Assembly (NCBI GenBank): GCA_026770705.1 | Contig: JANJGN010000021.1 | Coordinates: forward strand, 90,148,001-90,212,000 | DNA length: 64,000 nt | Source: Isurus oxyrinchus | Taxonomy: Eukaryota | Reading direction: 5' to 3' | Part shown: positions 62,620 to 64,000 of the stretch, piece after piece | Position numbering within the stretch: the first letter of the stretch is position 1 | How the letters are laid out: every line of letters starts with the position of its first letter | The notes under the pieces: generated by a model | Database searches by the model: none | Told to the model about the DNA's origin: nothing | Seen by the model: only the letters and a program-made list of their open reading frames with translations | Program-made: the position numbers and the translations under genes

Positions 62620-64000
62620 CAACACCCCTCCACCAACACACACAACACTCTCCATTTCTCTATGCACTTTATGGCTCTTATTTATAGAACCTAGGATGTT
62701 GTATGCTTTATTAGCTGCTTTCTCAACCTGTGCTACAGCACCCATCGACTTATGCACCCATGAATCTCTGCTCTTGTTGTTCATCAGGATTTTAGATAAT
62801 ATTATTGCCTATTCCTACAGCAAATGAATCGCTTCATACCTCTTTGCATTAAATTTCATATTTCCCTTGTCCATCTATTCCACCAAGTTTTTTAATTACT
62901 TTTAAGTTCTAAATTATCCTTATAATAGTTAACATTTCCTCCATATTTTTTATCCTCTAGTGCATTTGAACAGGCGCCCTAGTTCAGTTGCCTATTTCGT
63001 TAAAACACACCAGGAAGATTGCGGGTGCAAACAATGGCACCTGGGGAACTCCAATATAAAACCCCCTCCTGTCTGGGAAAAAAAATCACCATTAACTGCT
63101 ATTCTGAGTTTCTGTCACTCACCCAATTCCATTTCTTTTTTTTTGCTAATGTCTATTTTATTCCATGAGCCCTAAAGATTTTCAAATATTTGTTGAATGG
63201 CATTTTAGCAAATTATATTTGAATGTCCCTGTGCAGTACGTCAGCAAGATTGCCATCATGGGCCATCTCTTTTTCATTTCAGCAAAAAAAAACATCTCAA
63301 TTGGTTAGGCAACAAAATTTGCCTTTAACAGATCAGTGCTGCTTTCCTTAAGTAATCCACTTTAGCCCAAGTGACTATTAAATTTGACCGTATTGTCATT
63401 TCTTGAATCTTGACCACCATTGAGGTTAAACTCGCTGGCATGTCATTGTTTGCTTTAACTTTGCATCCTTTTGGAAAGTGGTGCAACATTTGCAATTTTC
63501 CAACCCTGTGACACCAATTTTGGGAATAAGGAAGTTTGGAAAATTATGGCCAGCGCATCTGCAATTTCCACTCTGGCTTTGCTTTGTATCATTAGACGTA
63601 TTTTATCTGGTCCTGGTATCTTACCTGTAATGTAGAGAGCCTATCCCATACATTCTCTTTCTTCAACATGAAAAGTGTGCCCCCTTCTTTCTTCTTAAGG
63701 AGAGATGCAAGTTACTGATTTATTACCTCAGCTACATGTTCTGCCTATATGAGTAATTACTTTTCTTGGCTCCTAAAATGCCCCATTCGCCAAAATGTTT
63801 TTATTTTTATATGGCAATATCTTTTTTGTTCCCTTTATGCTAGCCGCCACTCTCTTCACATCATCTCTCTTTGCTTCTCTTATTTAATTTTTTACTTTCC
63901 CTCTGAACCATCTATATGCAGCCTGGTAGTCAGCTATACTACCCATCTGTCATTAGTGAAATTTTTCATTTCCATCTTAAACTCTATCACTTTTTCTTCC
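62620..64000 (-). mobile_element. CR1 LINE fragment running off the window end
   Basis: Reverse-strand CR1 motifs ggatgttgtatgctttatt, tgcaacatttgcaattttcca, tttatctggtcctgg. Confidence 0.75.

Noticed and set aside
1-64000. CRISPR arrays, tRNA/rRNA genes, operon-like systems
   Set aside because: None seen; the sequence is eukaryotic intronic DNA with no regular repeat-spacer structure

Overview
Vertebrate genomic DNA, very probably from a cartilaginous fish (inferred from the CR1/L2/RTE LINE and SINE tails). It is mostly degraded transposable elements, and nearly all long ORFs in the supplied track are TE fragments or noise. The ORF track misses a + strand host gene made of micro-exons. I found nine: four of 36 nt, four of 27 nt and one of 26 nt, spread over 48 kb (1050-49086). 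All have pyrimidine-tract/AG acceptors and GT donors, and all enter in phase 1. Spliced, they read DVEKLKRDLQRA-EDDNRFKDK-EMDKMRDRLRDA-EIQQIDKTR-EMDRLKDRLKEA-EDKLIGTAS-DADIKAKDR-EIERLKDSLRNA-EEKIGDKTE. This is a coiled coil built from 27+36-nt exon pairs (21 aa, three heptads). The 5' end lies upstream of the window, several terminal exons are possible, and I cannot name the gene. The introns hold many CR1 copies (one nested, one with an ORF1 esterase), L2, RTE and probable R4/Dong LINE fossils, SINEs, Harbinger-like remnants and G-rich low-complexity tracts. They also hold a Gmr1-like Ty3/Gypsy LTR element with integrase upstream of RNase H and the RT core deleted. All alignments were done by eye and TE boundaries are approximate.
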